Assembly: GCA_030535475.1 (NCBI GenBank)
Contig: JAUNRT010000003.1
Coordinates: 1 to 62,888, forward strand
DNA from: Weeksellaceae bacterium
GTDB taxonomy: Bacteria; Bacteroidota; Bacteroidia; Flavobacteriales; Weeksellaceae
DNA: 62,888 nt
Direction: 5' to 3'
Position 1 is the stretch's first letter. Every line of letters begins with the position of its first letter. The position numbers and the translations under genes were made by a program. The notes beneath the pieces are model-generated. The model was not told the origin of the DNA. It saw nothing but the letters and a program-made list of their open reading frames with translations, and did no database searches. Below are positions 59,979 to 62,888 of this stretch, in pieces.

Positions 59979-61562
59979 ATGAAAAGATTTTTATTCTGTT
60001 CGGGTTTGCTGCTTGCATCACTAGCCTATGGACAGGTGTTTCAAGAAGATTGGGACGGAAATGGACCGGGAATAGAAGCTTGGACCGTGATTGATGTAGA
60101 TGGCAACACGCCGGCACCCGTAGTTTCCGTGGTGTCTGACGCTTGGGTGGTAATAGACAGAGGTAATCCAGATTTCTATGTAGGTGGACCAGCGGGCAAC
60201 CATGCCGCAGTGAGCACTTCTTGGTATGCACCACCCGGCACCTCAGATGACTGGTTGATCACCCCACTCATAGAGCTGCCAGAACATGCAGTGCAAGTAA
60301 AATGGGAAGCAAAAGCGCAGGATGGCAACTTCAGAGACGGGTATGAACTCAGATTAGCACCCAATGGTGGCAATACCGTAGAAGATTTCACCGTGCTATT
60401 GACAAGCATAGACGCAGAAAACGTGATTTGGACTACACGCATCATTTCTCTAGAAGAGTATGCCGGTACAAGCGTGCGCATAGCTTGGCGTAACAATTCT
60501 ACCGATGACAACCTGCTGCTAGTAGATAACATAGTGGTGGACACATTACAAGTACAAACCCCACCGGCATGCGTCACATTATTGACCCCGCAAGATGGCG
60601 TAGAAGATATTGCCAGCAATGACACATTAGTGTTCACTTGGCAACCCGCAGAAGGAGAAGAGGTAGATTTTTACACCTTCAGCATTGGCACCACACCAGA
60701 GGCCAACCTATTGTCAGACGCCACCACTGACACTAGCATCAGCATTTCTGGTTTGGCTCCGGGTACAGTATATTACTGGACAGTTACTGCTCACAACGCC
60801 TCTGGTGAGTCTCAAGATTGTGAGGTATTCTCATTCCGCACCATAGGCAGCGACGTGTCGCCATATTGCGGGCCCATATTTTTCCACAACGTAGAGCCCA
60901 TCACTTATGTAGATTTTGCAGGCATCAACAACACCACGTCCGCCTCCATGGATTCATCACCTCATGAGGCATTTCTAGACCAAGTGGCGCAAGTAGTACC
61001 CGGCGAAATGTACACCATTACCTTGGGTGGATTTACAGACGGGCCATATTCCAACAAGTTTGCAGTTTTTATAGACTGGAACCAAAACGGAATCTTGGAT
61101 GATGCCGGAGAAGTGTATGAGGTAGCAGATCTGCTCACTAACTCCACAGGTGAGGATGGAGTGCACATTACCCACACTATTGCAGTACCATTAGATGCAT
61201 TGCCGGGCGAAACGCGCATGCGCATCAAGAAAATCTACCACACACATTCAGGTCTTTTAGACCCGTGTGAGCAATCAGGTTGGGGTCAAGCAGAAGACTA
61301 TACAGTCAACGTGGGAACACTTTCCACTATAGATGTAGCAGCGAATAGCCTCATTGTTTATCCAAATCCGGCCACAGATGTGCTGAATGTCAAAGGATTA
61401 GAGATATCAAAAGCCACAGTATTCAATACCGCCGGGCAGCAAATTGCTGTACAAGCCACACGTGAGCAGGTAGTAGTAAATCACTTGTTGCCAGGAGTTT
61501 ACATCCTTCAAATTACAGATGCAGACGGGAAATTGCACACAGTGAAATTCATCAAGAAATAA
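59979..61562 (+). CDS. T9SS-sorted choice-of-anchor-J/GEVED-like protein (paralog 3)
   Basis: Same architecture. Its N-terminus is nearly identical to paralog 1 (MKRFLFCSGLLLASLAYGQVFQEDWDGNGPGIEAWTV). Confidence 0.85.
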   Translation: MKRFLFCSGLLLASLAYGQVFQEDWDGNGPGIEAWTVIDVDGNTPAPVVSVVSDAWVVIDRGNPDFYVGGPAGNHAAVSTSWYAPPGTSDDWLITPLIELPEHAVQVKWEAKAQDGNFRDGYELRLAPNGGNTVEDFTVLLTSIDAENVIWTTRIISLEEYAGTSVRIAWRNNSTDDNLLLVDNIVVDTLQVQTPPACVTLLTPQDGVEDIASNDTLVFTWQPAEGEEVDFYTFSIGTTPEANLLSDATTDTSISISGLAPGTVYYWTVTAHNASGESQDCEVFSFRTIGSDVSPYCGPIFFHNVEPITYVDFAGINNTTSASMDSSPHEAFLDQVAQVVPGEMYTITLGGFTDGPYSNKFAVFIDWNQNGILDDAGEVYEVADLLTNSTGEDGVHITHTIAVPLDALPGETRMRIKKIYHTHSGLLDPCEQSGWGQAEDYTVNVGTLSTIDVAANSLIVYPNPATDVLNVKGLEISKATVFNTAGQQIAVQATREQVVVNHLLPGVYILQITDADGKLHTVKFIKK

Positions 61563-61598
61563 ATGTCATAGCCTTTCTTGAAAGATAGAGAATTATCC

Positions 61599-61638
61599 AT
61601 TCTCCCTGTGATCATAGATTGCAGGGAGAATTTTTTTT
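61599..61638 (+). terminator. Intrinsic terminator after paralog 3
   Basis: ATTCTCCCTG-loop-CAGGGAGAAT followed by T8. Confidence 0.8.
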
Positions 61639-61639
61639 A

Positions 61640-61667
61640 TTTGGGCGGCACCCTTTTCCGGGCAATT
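61640..61667 (+). repeat. Isolated A-end stub of the structured repeat family
   Basis: TTTGGGCGGCACCCTTTTCCGGGCAA matches the outer 28 nt of the A-module (4101, 17203rc, 37283rc), but no partner arm follows. Confidence 0.7.
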
Positions 61668-61839
61668 CACGGAATAGCTGTTTTATTGCGGTTTTTGAGA
61701 AGAAAACCGCCAGATTTCCCAAAGTCTCTATAATTTAAATCCGTTACTATTATTGACTAAAATGCTCAAATCATCATCTTTAACGCTTTTTTCCATAACA
61801 AACGGCAGGATCCAATGAGGGTGGAGAGGTGAAAAAATA

Positions 61840-62403
61840 TCACTCAGATTTCTTAACAAAAGTTTTTTCTAATTGACTTAGGTATTTGGAAAACTTATAT
61901 ACAATAGGTTGATAAGTTATTGAATCATCAATTATGGACAAATTAAATGAATATAAACTATCATTTTTGGTAATGAGCATTACATAATCGTCTGGATGTG
62001 ATCTAAATTTATTATTGATATTTTTCCGGTTGAAAGAAGTTATGGAATCAAGATAAAATTTGATTTCTGCATATTTTTCGTGTTCAAGTTCGCTTCGCTT
62101 TGGCGTTCCCCACTCAAAATCTTCAAATGAATCAGAATTATACAAATATTTCCTATCTCTATATTTCAGTAAAATAGCTTTTTCATCGTTCAACTTTATC
62201 ATATAATTTATAAACCAATAACCTATAATCTCTTCATCTAACTTATTGTCAATGCGAATATAATCACTATAGCGAATTTCAACTTTGTAATCATCTTTCA
62301 AGTTAGGTTTTGATGCGAATTTATAATTATTTTCTACAGCATTTCGATTACATGAAAATATGAAAGATAGAATTAAAACTTTAACAAAAAATGGCATTTT
62401 CAT
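61840..62403 (-). CDS. Hypothetical lipoprotein, candidate immunity protein
   Basis: Lipobox LSFIFSC. It is AT-rich and lies immediately downstream of a toxin-like C-terminal domain gene. Confidence 0.5.
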   Translation of the reverse strand: MKMPFFVKVLILSFIFSCNRNAVENNYKFASKPNLKDDYKVEIRYSDYIRIDNKLDEEIIGYWFINYMIKLNDEKAILLKYRDRKYLYNSDSFEDFEWGTPKRSELEHEKYAEIKFYLDSITSFNRKNINNKFRSHPDDYVMLITKNDSLYSFNLSIIDDSITYQPIVYKFSKYLSQLEKTFVKKSE

Positions 62404-62408
62404 AAATT

Positions 62409-62888
62409 TTATTTACCTTGGATGATGATGGGATTCAACACTATAGTTTCTGATGGTGGATTTTTATACTTAAAATAGGTTTCCTGATAAAACTGATCTA
62501 GAGAATTAAAATTGACACCTTCTTTAAACAAATAACTTTTCAAACTATTAACGGTAGTTGCCTTAAAGAGATCTGTTGTTGCAGGGAACCGAGGAAAATC
62601 GATTTCGTTTAAATAAGCTTTATGATGTTGTCCATTATTATTACCCCAATTATTTCTATTGTGAGACCAACTCTCATGCGGTATTATTGCGGTTTGAATA
62701 TTCTCAACCGTTGATTCAAAATTTCGATTACTAATACCATTTGTATAAACATATTTACCATCTGCATAATGAGATGGTACTGTTCCACTGCTACCTGTTC
62801 TTCCGTCGCCAGGCAATACGGTTATATTATCGTTTAGAATTAGAGGGTTTCTTCCAATCGGTCCTTTGTACTGATTTGCAATGTGATT
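62409..62888 (-). CDS. C-terminal part of a larger protein (N-terminus off window), candidate polymorphic-toxin C-terminal domain
   Basis: The minus-strand frame stays open through to the window edge (..NHIANQYKGPIGRNPLILNDNITVLPGDGRTGSSG..). No family recognised. Confidence 0.5.
   Translation of the reverse strand, partial: NHIANQYKGPIGRNPLILNDNITVLPGDGRTGSSGTVPSHYADGKYVYTNGISNRNFESTVENIQTAIIPHESWSHNRNNWGNNNGQHHKAYLNEIDFPRFPATTDLFKATTVNSLKSYLFKEGVNFNSLDQFYQETYFKYKNPPSETIVLNPIIIQGK

Overview
Hand analysis only; no searches or folding programs were run. The window looks like a Bacteroidota (Flavobacteriia-like) chromosomal segment. Supporting signs are T9SS C-terminal sorting domains, a DUF3857/transglutaminase gene pair, a zeaxanthin-type crt cluster and the absence of obvious Shine-Dalgarno sites. 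Most of it is ordinary housekeeping: pncB, pepE, two rhomboids, mutL, infB-nusA-rimP, nth, fumC, aroA, tatA, envC-like, dut, gpsA, pdxJ, crtI/B/Z plus cyclase, SOD, lpxD and a YebC-family gene. Four things stand out. (1) The main candidate for something undescribed is a dispersed, highly structured non-coding repeat family built from two modules, here called B and A. It has three full copies: E1 about 4049-4778, E2 about 16492-17262, and E3 about 35684-37283. There are also three solo B-like modules (21281, 49860, 54488) and one A-end stub (61640). Helices are kept between copies by compensatory base changes while apical sequences diverge. A GNRA-capped hairpin and oriented intrinsic terminators suggest RNA function, and the ORFs inside do not keep a common frame. 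E3 additionally carries three tandem 161-164 bp units, each ending in a strong terminator hairpin, plus a small orphan ORF. E1 and E2 are inverted and bracket about 11.7 kb of essential genes. (2) A TnpB-only IS200/IS605-type element has inserted into a tyrosine integrase gene beside tRNA-Met(CAT). (3) Three tandem paralogous T9SS-secreted proteins with choice-of-anchor-J and GEVED-like domains occupy 56495-61562. (4) An AT-rich right edge carries a toxin/immunity-like gene pair. No rRNA genes or CRISPR arrays were seen.
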